Origin: a virus | Direction: 5' to 3' (one strand) | IMG/VR virus record: IMGVR_UViG_3300024038_000016 | DNA: 64,000 bases | In this document: positions 33,578-43,155 of the stretch, in pieces | Position numbering within the stretch: position 1 is the stretch's first letter | How the letters are laid out: each line of letters begins with the position of its first letter | Translations under genes and position numbers: made by a program | Notes under the pieces: model-generated | Told to the model about the DNA's origin: nothing | What the model saw: only the letters and a program-made list of their open reading frames with translations | Database searches by the model: none

Positions 33578-35814
33578 TAGACTCCCCTCCCCTGCCGGCT
33601 GAGTCCGTAGGTGTCTTGGAGCGCTTGCGAGATATCGCCGCCGCGGCTCACGTCGCGGATTACGTCAGCGCGCACGCGCTCGACAAAGACATCGATGATC
33701 TTGCGGTTGCCTTCCTGGCGCTCATCGACCTCGCCGCCACGGCCGGGCGACTCGATAAGGTTGACCTCCACGTTGCTGCCACCCATGCCAGAGGCATCGA
33801 CACCCAGGCGGCCATTGGCGCCGCGAGTCAGTGGCATGACCGCTTCGTCGCCCGCCTCCCCCATGAGCCCCAGCTTGCCGCCCTTGGCGAAGGCAAAGAG
33901 CGTGGGGCTCGATACGATCGAGTTGGTGAAGGCTCCACCGTTTGCGAACGCATGCACGCCCGAGGCGCCAAAGGCGTTGCCGTTGGCCGAGGCCACCGCA
34001 CTGAAGATGGAGCCGATCGCACTGATGATGCCGCCATAGTTGTTCGCGCTGCCGCTCTTGCCGGCGATCAGATCCTTGAGGTACTCGATCGTCGGAGTGA
34101 TGACAGCCGCCTCCAGCGCCATGCGCTGCAGTTGCTCGACGAAGGTATTGCCCAAGTCCTTGATGTCACCGCCGCTGACGATCAGGTCGGACAGCGAGCG
34201 CGTCACCAGCTCGACGCCCTGCTCTGCGAACTGACGGAAAGAGTCCGTCGTCTTGGTGATCGTGTCCGGCAACGTGCCAAGCCGCGCCTGTACGGCTTCG
34301 GTGTACATCTCGACCGAGAGCTGCCCCCGCTGGAATGCATCGGCCAGGAACTGCATGTCCTTGCGGGTCTTCTCAAGCTGCGCGGTCGGCGTGGCGTCGA
34401 CGAAGGCTTGAAGGCGCTCCTGCTGGGCCGCGGCATCCTTTTGCTGGAACGAGATGATCGCCTTCTCCATCTCTTCGGCGCTCTTCTGCATTTCCTTGTC
34501 TTTGGCGAGCTGCCGATCCGCGACGATCAACCCGTCGAGGCGCGTGGTCAGGCGCTGCTTTTCCGCATCGGACAACTTCACCTGGCCGTCGGCGAGCTGC
34601 TGCATGATCTGCAGCGCCAGCTTGTCGGATTCGGTGAGTTGGTCGGTCGCGGAGCTTTCCGCATTCACGACAGCGATGCGCTCGTTGATCTTGCCGATGA
34701 GCCGCTCGTAGTCTGTGAGCTGGTCCTTTGTCGACTTAGGATCCGGCGTAAGGACGGGCGGTTTCTCCTTGGGCTGCGAAGGGTCGCCCTCCAGGCCGTA
34801 GCCCTTCACGGACGCCGGCTCGCTGTCCTTCATCTTGCGATTCACTTCGCGGCTGTAGAAGTCGAGCATTCGCTGCTGGCTTGCGATCTCAGACTGCAGC
34901 TTGTCGCGCAGCCACGTCGCGCGACGGCTATCCCCCTGCGCTTCCGGCGCATTGAGGCGTGCCTGCATCTCGGCGATGCCCTTGGTGATCTTGACGATCT
35001 GATCGGACGAGCTGTTCCAGAACTGCAGGTTGTGAAAACCTGCCGTGATGCGCTCCCCGAAGTCGAGTCCAGCCTGGCCGGCGCTGTTCAGGCGCTCGGC
35101 AATGTCCGTCAGGGTGGGCAGCAGCTTCGTGCCGAGGCTGACCTTGAGTCCGTCGGAAGCCAGCTCGAGGCGCTTGAGGGTGTCATTGAAGTCGCCCGCT
35201 GCCTTGGCGGCTTCGTCGGTCACGGTGACGCCAAACCGCTTTGCTTCCTCACGCAGGTCCTGGACACCCTGGCGACCCTTGTTCAGGAACGGCAGCAAGG
35301 CGTCTCCTTGCTTACCGAAGATGGCCATAGCGTCCGCGGCCTTGATCGGGCCATCCTCAAATTTCGAGAACCGCTCGGCCAAGTCGACGAGTACGTCGTC
35401 GGTTCCGCGGAATTGCCCGTTGGCGTCCTTGAGCTTGACGCCAAGCTTGTCGAACAGCTCAGGCGAATCAGCCATGTTCTTGGCGAGCTTCTTGAGCCCG
35501 TCCTGCAGGGCGTCGAAGGGCGTGCCCGCCACTTCGCTGGCGTACTTGAGCTCTGAGAGCTTGCCCGCTGCGATGCCCGTCTTCTCGGCGATGTCGTCAA
35601 GGGTGTCGAGGAAGTCGATGCCCTGGCGGGTTTGCGAGACGAGGAAGTCGACCGAGGCCACGCCCGCGAAGGCCGCCGCCAGGGCGCCAGCAAGCTTGCC
35701 GGTGATGCGACTCGCGAAGCCTTCTGCATCCTTCTCGGACTTGTCGAGGCCCGCCTTGAATGTGGCGTTGTCGGCCACCATCGTGACCTTCAGCAGACCA
35801 ACGGCGTCAGACAT
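33577..35814 (-). CDS. Tape measure protein
   Basis: 745 aa helical; AFANGG..FAKGG..LMGEAGDEAVMPL C-terminal motif. Confidence 0.92.
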   Translation of the reverse strand: MSDAVGLLKVTMVADNATFKAGLDKSEKDAEGFASRITGKLAGALAAAFAGVASVDFLVSQTRQGIDFLDTLDDIAEKTGIAAGKLSELKYASEVAGTPFDALQDGLKKLAKNMADSPELFDKLGVKLKDANGQFRGTDDVLVDLAERFSKFEDGPIKAADAMAIFGKQGDALLPFLNKGRQGVQDLREEAKRFGVTVTDEAAKAAGDFNDTLKRLELASDGLKVSLGTKLLPTLTDIAERLNSAGQAGLDFGERITAGFHNLQFWNSSSDQIVKITKGIAEMQARLNAPEAQGDSRRATWLRDKLQSEIASQQRMLDFYSREVNRKMKDSEPASVKGYGLEGDPSQPKEKPPVLTPDPKSTKDQLTDYERLIGKINERIAVVNAESSATDQLTESDKLALQIMQQLADGQVKLSDAEKQRLTTRLDGLIVADRQLAKDKEMQKSAEEMEKAIISFQQKDAAAQQERLQAFVDATPTAQLEKTRKDMQFLADAFQRGQLSVEMYTEAVQARLGTLPDTITKTTDSFRQFAEQGVELVTRSLSDLIVSGGDIKDLGNTFVEQLQRMALEAAVITPTIEYLKDLIAGKSGSANNYGGIISAIGSIFSAVASANGNAFGASGVHAFANGGAFTNSIVSSPTLFAFAKGGKLGLMGEAGDEAVMPLTRGANGRLGVDASGMGGSNVEVNLIESPGRGGEVDERQEGNRKIIDVFVERVRADVIRDVSRGGDISQALQDTYGLSRQGRGV

Positions 35815-35817
35815 GAA

Positions 35818-36057
35818 TCAGAGCTCCGATTGAAGAATGGTCAGGGCTTCGACGAGCCACTCAGGGTCGTCCACGCCATGCATGGACGAGAGGATGGGCA
35901 AGGCGGTCCAGTCGATTCGCCCGCCCATCTGGTTCCAACAGCGAATGGCGACGCGCACCTCGGGCATGAGGTCCGGGCCGGGCGCCCCTTCGATGCCCGG
36001 CGCGACCTCGCGCAGAGCGGCTAGCTCTCGCTGCCATCCGAGGTGCGCGGTGAGTTT
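35818..36057 (-). CDS. Tail chaperone T segment reached by -1 frameshift
   Basis: Open -1 frame KLTAHLGWQREL..WNQMGGRIDWTALP..LQSEL* following slippery site. Confidence 0.8.
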   Translation of the reverse strand, partial: KLTAHLGWQRELAALREVAPGIEGAPGPDLMPEVRVAIRCWNQMGGRIDWTALPILSSMHGVDDPEWLVEALTILQSEL

Positions 36058-36380
36058 TTTCTGAGCGCCCCGAGGCGTTCCGCGTGCGTCTCGTGCGCTT
36101 TGACGAAGGCTTCCTCCAAGGGCTTCCAGAGCTCCGGACGGTCGCCCACATAGAGGACCATTGCCGCCCCGGAAAACGGCACCGCGTCAGAGCCTCCGCT
36201 GGGCAGGAAGGCCGCTTCCGTCACGCCCTTCCAGCCGACGGCCGTCTCGATCGCGGCATCGAGGTTCGCGCTGCTGCGGCGCAACCAGTCCAGCGTTGTC
36301 ATACGCCGAAGGGTGAAGGTGACTTCACCGATCTGGACGGGGTATTCCCGGGCGGCCAGTGCTTGTTTGATCAGGTCCAT
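36021..36380 (-). CDS. Tail assembly chaperone G
   Basis: Between tail tube and tape measure; ends near slippery site. Confidence 0.85.
   Translation of the reverse strand: MDLIKQALAAREYPVQIGEVTFTLRRMTTLDWLRRSSANLDAAIETAVGWKGVTEAAFLPSGGSDAVPFSGAAMVLYVGDRPELWKPLEEAFVKAHETHAERLGALRKNSPRTSDGSES
36054..36060 (-). other. Programmed -1 frameshift heptamer A AAA AAC
   Basis: XXXYYYZ slippery sequence in frame with G. Confidence 0.8.
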
Positions 36381-36383
36381 GGT

Positions 36384-37034
36384 TTAGGCCGCGTAGAAGA
36401 CGCCGCGCTTGATCGAGGTAAAGCCGATCTGCTGCGTGGCCGCGGCACCCTGCTGCAGGTCGAAGCCGTCGCCGCCGGACCAGTAGGCGTTCTGGATCCA
36501 CTTGACGCCGTTCTGGAAAGTAACGCGCAGCACGCGGGCCTGGTTCGACTCGGTGGCCTTGCGCAGCTCAGCCGTGGCGGGGCTCAGCGGATTGAAGAAG
36601 GCGGTGATGGAACCTTGCACCGCACCCGGCAACCCGAACTGCTCTTGCTGCTGCACGTCCAGGAGCGTGGTGGTGTTGATGCGGTTCGCCTGGGCGGACG
36701 GTGCGGAGATTTGCGATGCGTCGGAGAGGGTCTGCCAGGTGGTGACCTTTTGGACCGTGGCAGTACCCCCTGCGTGATCGCTGAGGGTCTGCGTATCCAC
36801 GCCTTCGAGGGTGAAGTGGTCGGTATCCACGCCCTTGATCCGGGCGGCTTGGCCGTCCAGCTCCACCATGCCAGAGGGCACGGCCAGCACGACGATATCG
36901 CCGTCAGCGAAGCCGTGGGCAGTGGCGCCGACCACACCTTCCACGGCGTGGCTGATGGTGGCAATGGTCTTGGCCGGCCCGTAGCCGGTGGCGATCTCCG
37001 TACGGGTGTTGATACCCAGAACCTTTTGAGACAT
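36384..37034 (-). CDS. Major tail tube protein
   Basis: 216 aa after tail terminator; TTLLD..QFGLPGA..F..NP pattern. Confidence 0.85.
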   Translation of the reverse strand: MSQKVLGINTRTEIATGYGPAKTIATISHAVEGVVGATAHGFADGDIVVLAVPSGMVELDGQAARIKGVDTDHFTLEGVDTQTLSDHAGGTATVQKVTTWQTLSDASQISAPSAQANRINTTTLLDVQQQEQFGLPGAVQGSITAFFNPLSPATAELRKATESNQARVLRVTFQNGVKWIQNAYWSGGDGFDLQQGAAATQQIGFTSIKRGVFYAA

Positions 37035-37105
37035 TGCGTGCTCCTGAAATGCGAAAGGCCCGCACGGGGCGGGCCTCTCAGGTGTGGTAATGCGGGACGG
37101 TGCGG

Positions 37106-37468
37106 CTAGATTTCGTTCGGGATGAGGAACTGCTGCGTGCAGGCGTGCAGACCGGTCTCGGGGTCAAAGTCCCATGCCAGGCCCTGAAAGGCGTTGATCA
37201 TCTCGCCCGACGCGTTCATTGCCAGCAAGGCTGCACGCACCTGCAAGCCGACGGCGTTGGCCTCCTGGCGCGAGTCGTGCCACACGTCGATGCTGTAGGT
37301 CTCGAGCACGTCGGTCGGGCCGTCGCCGGAGAGCGTGGACAGCGGCTGCAGATCCCCCTGGCGGAAGACGATGTACGGATAGTCCGACTCGGACGGCGCC
37401 TGTTCGGGGTAGGCCCGGTCGGCCACGAGCGCACGCAGCGCCGGAGAAAGCAGCGTTCCGATTTCCAC
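37106..37468 (-). CDS. Tail terminator (DUF3168-like)
   Basis: RAYPEQAP..PYIVF..IDVW. Confidence 0.82.
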   Translation of the reverse strand: MEIGTLLSPALRALVADRAYPEQAPSESDYPYIVFRQGDLQPLSTLSGDGPTDVLETYSIDVWHDSRQEANAVGLQVRAALLAMNASGEMINAFQGLAWDFDPETGLHACTQQFLIPNEI

Positions 37469-38028
37469 TATGCACCCTTCATAACCTTGTCGATACGTGC
37501 AGCGGTGTAGTCACGGAAGGCACGCAGCGCGGCGAACTTGCCATCCTCTGCAGCGCGACCAAGCGTGGGGTAAGCCTGCACACGGCCACGCGCATTCGCG
37601 CGGCGCTTGGTGAGTGAAGTACGGGCCTTGCCTCGGCGCGGCACGAAGCGGTGCCCCATCTCGACCCAGGCCCAATAGTAGGCATCTCGGTTGCGGGTGA
37701 GCTTGCCCCGCTTGTTTGTCCTGCTTTGGTACTTCTTACCCTTGGCGATCCACACCATGGCGGCCGGCGAGTCCGCGCTTCCAAGGCGACGATCGGCCCG
37801 GACGATGACTGACGCGGCCATGGTGCCCGGCGTTTTGCGGTCGGCGGGGCGCTGCGCGATCGGCGTCCTCGTAAGACCGGCCGCGTAGCGACGCGCGGGC
37901 CTGGCGATCTCACGCGCTCCGGCGAGCGTGGCGCCCTTGAGCACCCGGCGCGCTACAGCGGCGGGGATGCGATCGAGCTTCGCCTGCAGTTCCCGCAGCC
38001 CGTCGACGCGTACGAATTCAACGGCCAT
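37468..38028 (-). CDS. HK97 gp10-like neck protein
   Basis: VDGLRELQAKL..TPGTM..AYYWAWVEMGH..AYPTL. Confidence 0.88.
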   Translation of the reverse strand: MAVEFVRVDGLRELQAKLDRIPAAVARRVLKGATLAGAREIARPARRYAAGLTRTPIAQRPADRKTPGTMAASVIVRADRRLGSADSPAAMVWIAKGKKYQSRTNKRGKLTRNRDAYYWAWVEMGHRFVPRRGKARTSLTKRRANARGRVQAYPTLGRAAEDGKFAALRAFRDYTAARIDKVMKGA

Positions 38029-38356
38029 CGCGAATCCCTTTGACGCACAGCAGTTCAAGCCAGACGCGTTGCGCCTTGACGTCGATCGGCTCGCCCACGA
38101 TGTCGAGGGCCTGCCCGCGCCACACCAGGCGATGCTTGGCCGTGACGCCCGCACGAAAGCGGATCGTCACCTTGTGGTCGCAGGTGCTCTGCGCGGCCTG
38201 AGCGGCGAAGAACTCGCGGGCGCGCAGGGGCTCAACGTCGGCCCACACGGTCGGGCCTTCAGTCCAACCGGTGACCTTCTCGCCGCCGAAGCTGTCACGC
38301 GTGACGATGGGCGCGTCGATACGGACGCGCTCACGTAGCTTTCCGGCGCTCGGCAT
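38018..38356 (-). CDS. Head closure protein (HK97 gp9/SPP1 gp16-like)
   Basis: AGKLRERVRI..RDSFGG..W..VWADVEPL..KVTIRFR. Confidence 0.9.
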   Translation of the reverse strand: MPSAGKLRERVRIDAPIVTRDSFGGEKVTGWTEGPTVWADVEPLRAREFFAAQAAQSTCDHKVTIRFRAGVTAKHRLVWRGQALDIVGEPIDVKAQRVWLELLCVKGIRDGR

Positions 38357-38916
38357 TACAGGTTCCTGTAGTCCTTGATCGAGTCGAGCAGGCCGTCGCG
38401 GAAGTCGCGCGGCAGCTCGCCGACCGTCCCTTGTACGGTGGCCTCGCGGTTCGCGTACAGAGTGCCGATCGCCAGTAGCATCCACGAGCGGGCGACAACC
38501 GGCACTTCGTCGTCACCGGTCGCGAACGTGATCCGCACCGCACCCGGCCAGGGGCGCACAGCGGGCCAGGTCTGACCGTAGGCGAGCTGGAAGTCGCCCG
38601 CGCTCGTGACTTCGCAGGTGGCGAGGTCAAGCGCCATCGACGCGCCATCGGTGCCCAAGTACTGCACGGCGGTGATCTCCGCCACCGGGCCGGGCAGCAG
38701 CGCGACGGGCGCAGGCGGGAAGCCGTCGAGGTCGAGCCGCCAGCTTTGGGGCCCGATGGCGATGCCGGTTTGATGCTGGCACTGCGCCTGCGCGGTGAGG
38801 ATGGCCGCTGCGATCCATTCGTCTTCCGACGTGTCGTCCGGATCGAGGCGCAGGTGCGCCTTCACCTCCTCAAGCGACAGCACCGGGTCGGGCGCCTGCG
38901 TGCGGATAGTGGTCAT
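38356..38916 (-). CDS. Head-tail connector (gp6-like)
   Basis: LSLEEVKAHLRLD..LLAIGTLYANRE. Confidence 0.9.
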   Translation of the reverse strand: MTTIRTQAPDPVLSLEEVKAHLRLDPDDTSEDEWIAAAILTAQAQCQHQTGIAIGPQSWRLDLDGFPPAPVALLPGPVAEITAVQYLGTDGASMALDLATCEVTSAGDFQLAYGQTWPAVRPWPGAVRITFATGDDEVPVVARSWMLLAIGTLYANREATVQGTVGELPRDFRDGLLDSIKDYRNL

Positions 38917-39677
38917 GCGTGCGGCTTTCTCAGGCGGCGGAACGCGGGCGCGACGAGCTGGGCCTTGTAGTCGCTGCCGACGTCCCCGTAGTGGAGGTAG
39001 TCGATCGCGCTGGCGTCGCTCTTGGTCCAGAGGCTGAGCTGCGCATTCCAGGCAGCGAACGCCGAGGCGCTGTAGTCGTCGGCGTCCTCGATCCGCGAGA
39101 ACGGGTACATGCGGGCCACGTCGACCACGTAATCAAAGCCCATGGTGCGGAAGTCGCGACGGATGATCTCGTTGCACTGCTTGCGCGCGGCGTTGCGGGC
39201 GATGATCTGCGCGTCGGTTTGCGTGCCTGCCCTGCCGGCTTCGGTCGTCAGGAGCATGAGCTGCACCTGCTTACCCGCGGCAGCGGCCGCGGCGCGCACG
39301 TTGGTGGCGTAGGTCTTCCAACCGTTGATGGTGGTCGTGACGTTGTTCGAGTTCATGACGAGCTCGTTCACCATCTCGTGACACACCACCACGTTGAGCC
39401 GGCCCGCCGCGAGGGCGGGCGCCAGGTTGCCGGAGATGCGGCCGACCATCGTGCTCGGCGCGGTGCCAAGCGTGATGAGCGACTGCCCCGCGACTGCGAT
39501 GTTGGACACGGGCACCGACAGCCCTTGCAGCGGCGCGTAAAGCCCCAGCCTTGCGGAAGGGGCCTTCGTTGCCGGGTTGCTGCTGCCAGTGCCGTAGCCG
39601 ATCGAGTTGCCGTCCCAGATGATTTTGAGATTGGCGCCCGTGATCTTGTAGCGGGGCACTCCGAGGAGGCGACGCAT
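38913..39677 (-). CDS. SGNH/GDSL-family hydrolase
   Basis: WDGNSIGYG block I, NIAVAGQ block II, MVNE block III, DYLH block V. Confidence 0.75.
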   Translation of the reverse strand: MRRLLGVPRYKITGANLKIIWDGNSIGYGTGSSNPATKAPSARLGLYAPLQGLSVPVSNIAVAGQSLITLGTAPSTMVGRISGNLAPALAAGRLNVVVCHEMVNELVMNSNNVTTTINGWKTYATNVRAAAAAAGKQVQLMLLTTEAGRAGTQTDAQIIARNAARKQCNEIIRRDFRTMGFDYVVDVARMYPFSRIEDADDYSASAFAAWNAQLSLWTKSDASAIDYLHYGDVGSDYKAQLVAPAFRRLRKPHA

Positions 39678-39679
39678 GA

Positions 39680-41209
39680 TCAGGCCCAGGCGCTGGAGGC
39701 GACAGGATTGACGAGCTTACGCGCCGAGGAGCTGGCATCGAAGCCGGCGTAGAGGGCTCCCGTACTCCCGGTTGCGAGGGTCGCGATATCGGTGCGCGTG
39801 CCGCCGCGGATGTACTGCGCCTTGACGACCCCGGCGGTTCGATTGATCACCAGGATGTCCCCCACCGCCGGGGAGATGCCGCGGTTCGACACGGTGGCGC
39901 CCGCAGTCGTGCCGTATTCCGGCGTCACAGTGTTGACCAGGATGCCGGCCACGAAGGTATCGAACTTGGCCGCCGTGGCTCCCGACTTGACGCCGAAGGC
40001 CGGCATGCCCGTGGCAATGACGGTCGCATCGACGGTGCATTGAATCTCGCCGTCGGTGTTCGCCGGTAGCGACAGCGAGGACACACCCATGCCGGTGGTG
40101 CCGTAGGTGCTGGGCGGCGTGCCGCCCGTGAAGGTGTAGGTGTATTGGCCCGCGCTCGGCGTGTCGGCGGTCTCGACCAGGGCATTGCCGCCGGTGAAGC
40201 GCAAGGCCTGGAAGCTCGGAGCGGCCGGCGTGGTGACAGACAGCGCCGAGGACGCCGCGGACAGGTTGCCCGCCGCATCGACCGCGCGCACGGTGTAGCT
40301 GTAGGTGGTGCTGGCCGCGACGGTGGTGTCGGTGTAGCTGGTGCCCGAGGGCGTGCCGATCTGCGTGCCGTCGCGAAACACTCGGTAGCCGGTGACAGCC
40401 ACGTTGTCGGTCGACGCCGTCCAGGAGAAGGCGGCACTGTTCGCGGACACGGAGCCTTGCGTCAGGCCGGTGGGCGTGGAAGGCGCCGTCGTGTCGGACG
40501 AGGCTTGCGTCGTGCCGGTGACACCAGCCGTGGCGGCGGAGTAGTTGCCGGCCGCGTCGTACGCCCGCACGGTGTAGGTGTAGGCGGTATTCGCGGTGAG
40601 GCCGGTATCGGTGAAGCTGGTCCCCGCGGTGGTGCCGACGGCGGTGCCGTTGCGCAGGATCTGGTAGCCGGTGACGGCGACGTTGTCCGTGGCGGCGTTC
40701 CAGGTGAGCGAGACGGTCGTCGTGGCCGTGCCGCTGACGGCAAGGCCTGTGGGCGTGCTCGGCGCGGTGGTGTCGCTGGTGGCCGGCGGATTCACCGCGG
40801 GCTGCGTCCATGCGTAGCGCAAGCCGACGCCGTCGTGCCAGACCATCAATTCATTGAGCAGCGAGGCCTGGCTGTTGTCGTAGCCCAGGCTGCTGCTCGA
40901 CTCGGTGGCGCCGATGATGGTGGGCACGTTGACACCGTCCGACACGAACATGCCGCCGGCCGTGTTGCCGTACGAAACGCCGCTTGCGCTGAACTCGATC
41001 GAGCGCGGACCGGCCATATCGATGCGGCCAAAGGTCTGGCTCGGACGCGACATGCCGATCTTGAGGGAGGGCTCGACCCAGGCGTCGCCACCCGTGAGCG
41101 TGGCCGTCGCCTGCTTGGCGGCGACAAGCCCGGCCTCGGTGCCGGCGTCGAGGGTGACGATGGTATTGGCCGGGTACTTATCGAACGGCGCAAGCAGGCG
41201 AACGGTCAT
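39680..41209 (-). CDS. Two-FN3-domain protein, candidate capsid decoration
   Basis: Two DTTAPSTPTGL..LTWNAATDNVAVTGY..YTYTVRA.DAAGN.SA repeats. Confidence 0.88.
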   Translation of the reverse strand: MTVRLLAPFDKYPANTIVTLDAGTEAGLVAAKQATATLTGGDAWVEPSLKIGMSRPSQTFGRIDMAGPRSIEFSASGVSYGNTAGGMFVSDGVNVPTIIGATESSSSLGYDNSQASLLNELMVWHDGVGLRYAWTQPAVNPPATSDTTAPSTPTGLAVSGTATTTVSLTWNAATDNVAVTGYQILRNGTAVGTTAGTSFTDTGLTANTAYTYTVRAYDAAGNYSAATAGVTGTTQASSDTTAPSTPTGLTQGSVSANSAAFSWTASTDNVAVTGYRVFRDGTQIGTPSGTSYTDTTVAASTTYSYTVRAVDAAGNLSAASSALSVTTPAAPSFQALRFTGGNALVETADTPSAGQYTYTFTGGTPPSTYGTTGMGVSSLSLPANTDGEIQCTVDATVIATGMPAFGVKSGATAAKFDTFVAGILVNTVTPEYGTTAGATVSNRGISPAVGDILVINRTAGVVKAQYIRGGTRTDIATLATGSTGALYAGFDASSSARKLVNPVASSAWA

Positions 41210-41212
41210 GGC

Positions 41213-41740
41213 TTAGGCTCCGGTGAGGTCGAGCACGAAGGCGCCGGGCTGCGCGAGCGCAGCGGCGACGGCGGCTTCGGACGGGTCGGCAATGCCGCCC
41301 AGGACGAGGGAATCGATGTCGACAGCGGCGAGCTTCACCACGGAGCCGCAACGCACCGGCCTGGAGGCGATGAAGTGATCGACGAGGATCAGCACCTCGG
41401 CGTGATCGGCGAGCTCCGTGCGCGAAGCGAGGTTCGCGGCATCCGACGTTGCAATCACCAGCTCGCCAACAGCCGCATCGCCTTGGTCTCCCACATCATC
41501 GAGCGCAGTGATCGTCACCGCGGCACCGCTGAGATCGACAGCGTCGACAACCGTGTCGGTCACGGCGGGCTCCTGGTCCGCCGGCGCGGACGAAACCTCC
41601 TGCGCGACAGGGGCCTCGGCGCCCGCGGAGGCGTCAGCCGCGGCCGGAGCACCAGGCTGCGCAGCGTCGGTCGCGGCCGGCGTGACAGCCGCCGGGGCTT
41701 CGGCGGCGGCGGGTGCCGCGGCCGTGGTCTTCTTTGCCAT
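41213..41740 (-). CDS. Ala/Asp-rich capsid-associated protein (FI-like position)
   Basis: Directly after capsid gene; low-complexity N-half, compact C-terminal domain. Confidence 0.65.
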   Translation of the reverse strand: MAKKTTAAAPAAAEAPAAVTPAATDAAQPGAPAAADASAGAEAPVAQEVSSAPADQEPAVTDTVVDAVDLSGAAVTITALDDVGDQGDAAVGELVIATSDAANLASRTELADHAEVLILVDHFIASRPVRCGSVVKLAAVDIDSLVLGGIADPSEAAVAAALAQPGAFVLDLTGA

Positions 41741-41865
41741 GGGAGTTCTCCGGTAGGTGGCCTTCGATCTGCGCGCTCAAGGAGCGCGCACACGGAAGGC
41801 CGGGCGCCAGGACTGGCCGCCCGGAGGTCCGCGCGAGGCGGACCTTGGGGACGCACGAGGAGGTA

Positions 41866-43083
41866 TTAGGTCGAGCTGTTCTTGTAGGCCTTGACGGCGC
41901 CGCCCACGTCCATGTGGTTGCCGCCGGAGCGCATCCACATGTGGAAGCCGCGCTGGCCCTTCTTGGCGTAGGGCGAATCGTCGAAGCGCTGGATGAGCAC
42001 GCTGCCGGAGACGTCGCGAATGACGTAGGTGGTGAAGTCGCCGAAGAGGATCGACTTGGCGTCTGCCGCCATGACCGGCATATGGTTGTTGATGGTGACC
42101 GGGTAGCCGAGGATGGTGTCGGGCATAGCGCCACCGAGACCGTCGTAGCCCGGGGCGAAGATGGGACGGCCGGTGCTGTCCTTCATCTTCTTGGCGGCCT
42201 TGAAGGTGCTGTCGTGCACCATCCAGCGGCACTTGCCGCCTTCGCGGTAGGCGTAGTCGACCGAGTGCTCGAGGTCGATGAGGTCGTCGACCGTGAAGGT
42301 GACGGTCTGGCCGGTGGCACCGATCTTGCCGACGCCCGCCGCAACGGCGATGCCGCGGGGTTGACCGGTGCCAGTTCCGACGGTGAAGTGCTTGTTCGTG
42401 ATGCGAGCCAGGCGGGCATTGAGCCGGCCATCGATCAGCGGCACCAGATCCACCGCGGAATCCTGCAACAGCTCGTACGGAACCGTGATGACCTTCGAGC
42501 TGTACTTGTAGGTGGCGAGGGCGAGCGTGCCGAAGGTGACATCCTGGTCGTTTGCGGAACCGTTCTGCCCGATGATCTCGCCCTCTTCGGCGGTGCCATC
42601 GGAGGTCGGGTAGTTGATGTCGTTGCCGCCGTCGGTCTGGATGACGGTTGCGACGGCGCGCATGCCGCCCAGGCTCTTGATCGCTTCGATCACCGACGTG
42701 GCGATCTCCGTGGGCACGGTGAAGCCGCCCTCGGAGCCGGTGGTCGTGCTCATCGTGTTGCGGATCGCTTCCCAGTCTTGGGCGGTAAGTTGGCGATCGT
42801 CCGAACGCAGGAACTTGTCGAAAATCGCGCGAACAGTGCTGTCGACCTTCTTGGCGTTCCTGCCGATCGCGTTGACCAGGGCGGCGGCGTTGGCGTCGTC
42901 AGCGATCAGCGCCAGCGTCTTTTCCTCGCGCTCGATCTGGCCGACCAGCGCCTCGATCTCGGCCATGTTCTTGTCGAAGGTCGCCTGCGATTCGGCGGTC
43001 CACGCGGCGTTCTTGTCCTCGACCAGCTTGCGGGTTTCCTTGGCGAGGGCGGCGTGACGCTCCCGCAGCTCTTGGATGCTCAT
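41866..43083 (-). CDS. HK97-fold major capsid protein
   Basis: N-terminal coiled-coil delta domain, GGFTVPTE, GTGTGQPRGI, ILFGDF. Confidence 0.95.
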   Translation of the reverse strand: MSIQELRERHAALAKETRKLVEDKNAAWTAESQATFDKNMAEIEALVGQIEREEKTLALIADDANAAALVNAIGRNAKKVDSTVRAIFDKFLRSDDRQLTAQDWEAIRNTMSTTTGSEGGFTVPTEIATSVIEAIKSLGGMRAVATVIQTDGGNDINYPTSDGTAEEGEIIGQNGSANDQDVTFGTLALATYKYSSKVITVPYELLQDSAVDLVPLIDGRLNARLARITNKHFTVGTGTGQPRGIAVAAGVGKIGATGQTVTFTVDDLIDLEHSVDYAYREGGKCRWMVHDSTFKAAKKMKDSTGRPIFAPGYDGLGGAMPDTILGYPVTINNHMPVMAADAKSILFGDFTTYVIRDVSGSVLIQRFDDSPYAKKGQRGFHMWMRSGGNHMDVGGAVKAYKNSST

Positions 43084-43105
43084 GTCGTTTCTCCAAACGG
43101 TAGAA

Positions 43106-43134
43106 ATGAAAAAGCCCGCCGAGTGGCGGGCTTT
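43106..43134 (-). terminator. Hairpin plus T-tract upstream of capsid gene
   Basis: AAAGCCCGCC-ACTC-GGCGGGCTTTTT. Confidence 0.7.
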
Positions 43135-43155
43135 GGTCTCACGCGCGGGAGCGCG

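Noticed and set aside
33496-35556. 686-aa plus-strand ORF
   Set aside because: Antisense shadow of the tape measure gene
40145-41869. 574-aa plus-strand Arg/Gly-rich ORF
   Set aside because: Shadow of the FN3 and Ala-rich genes
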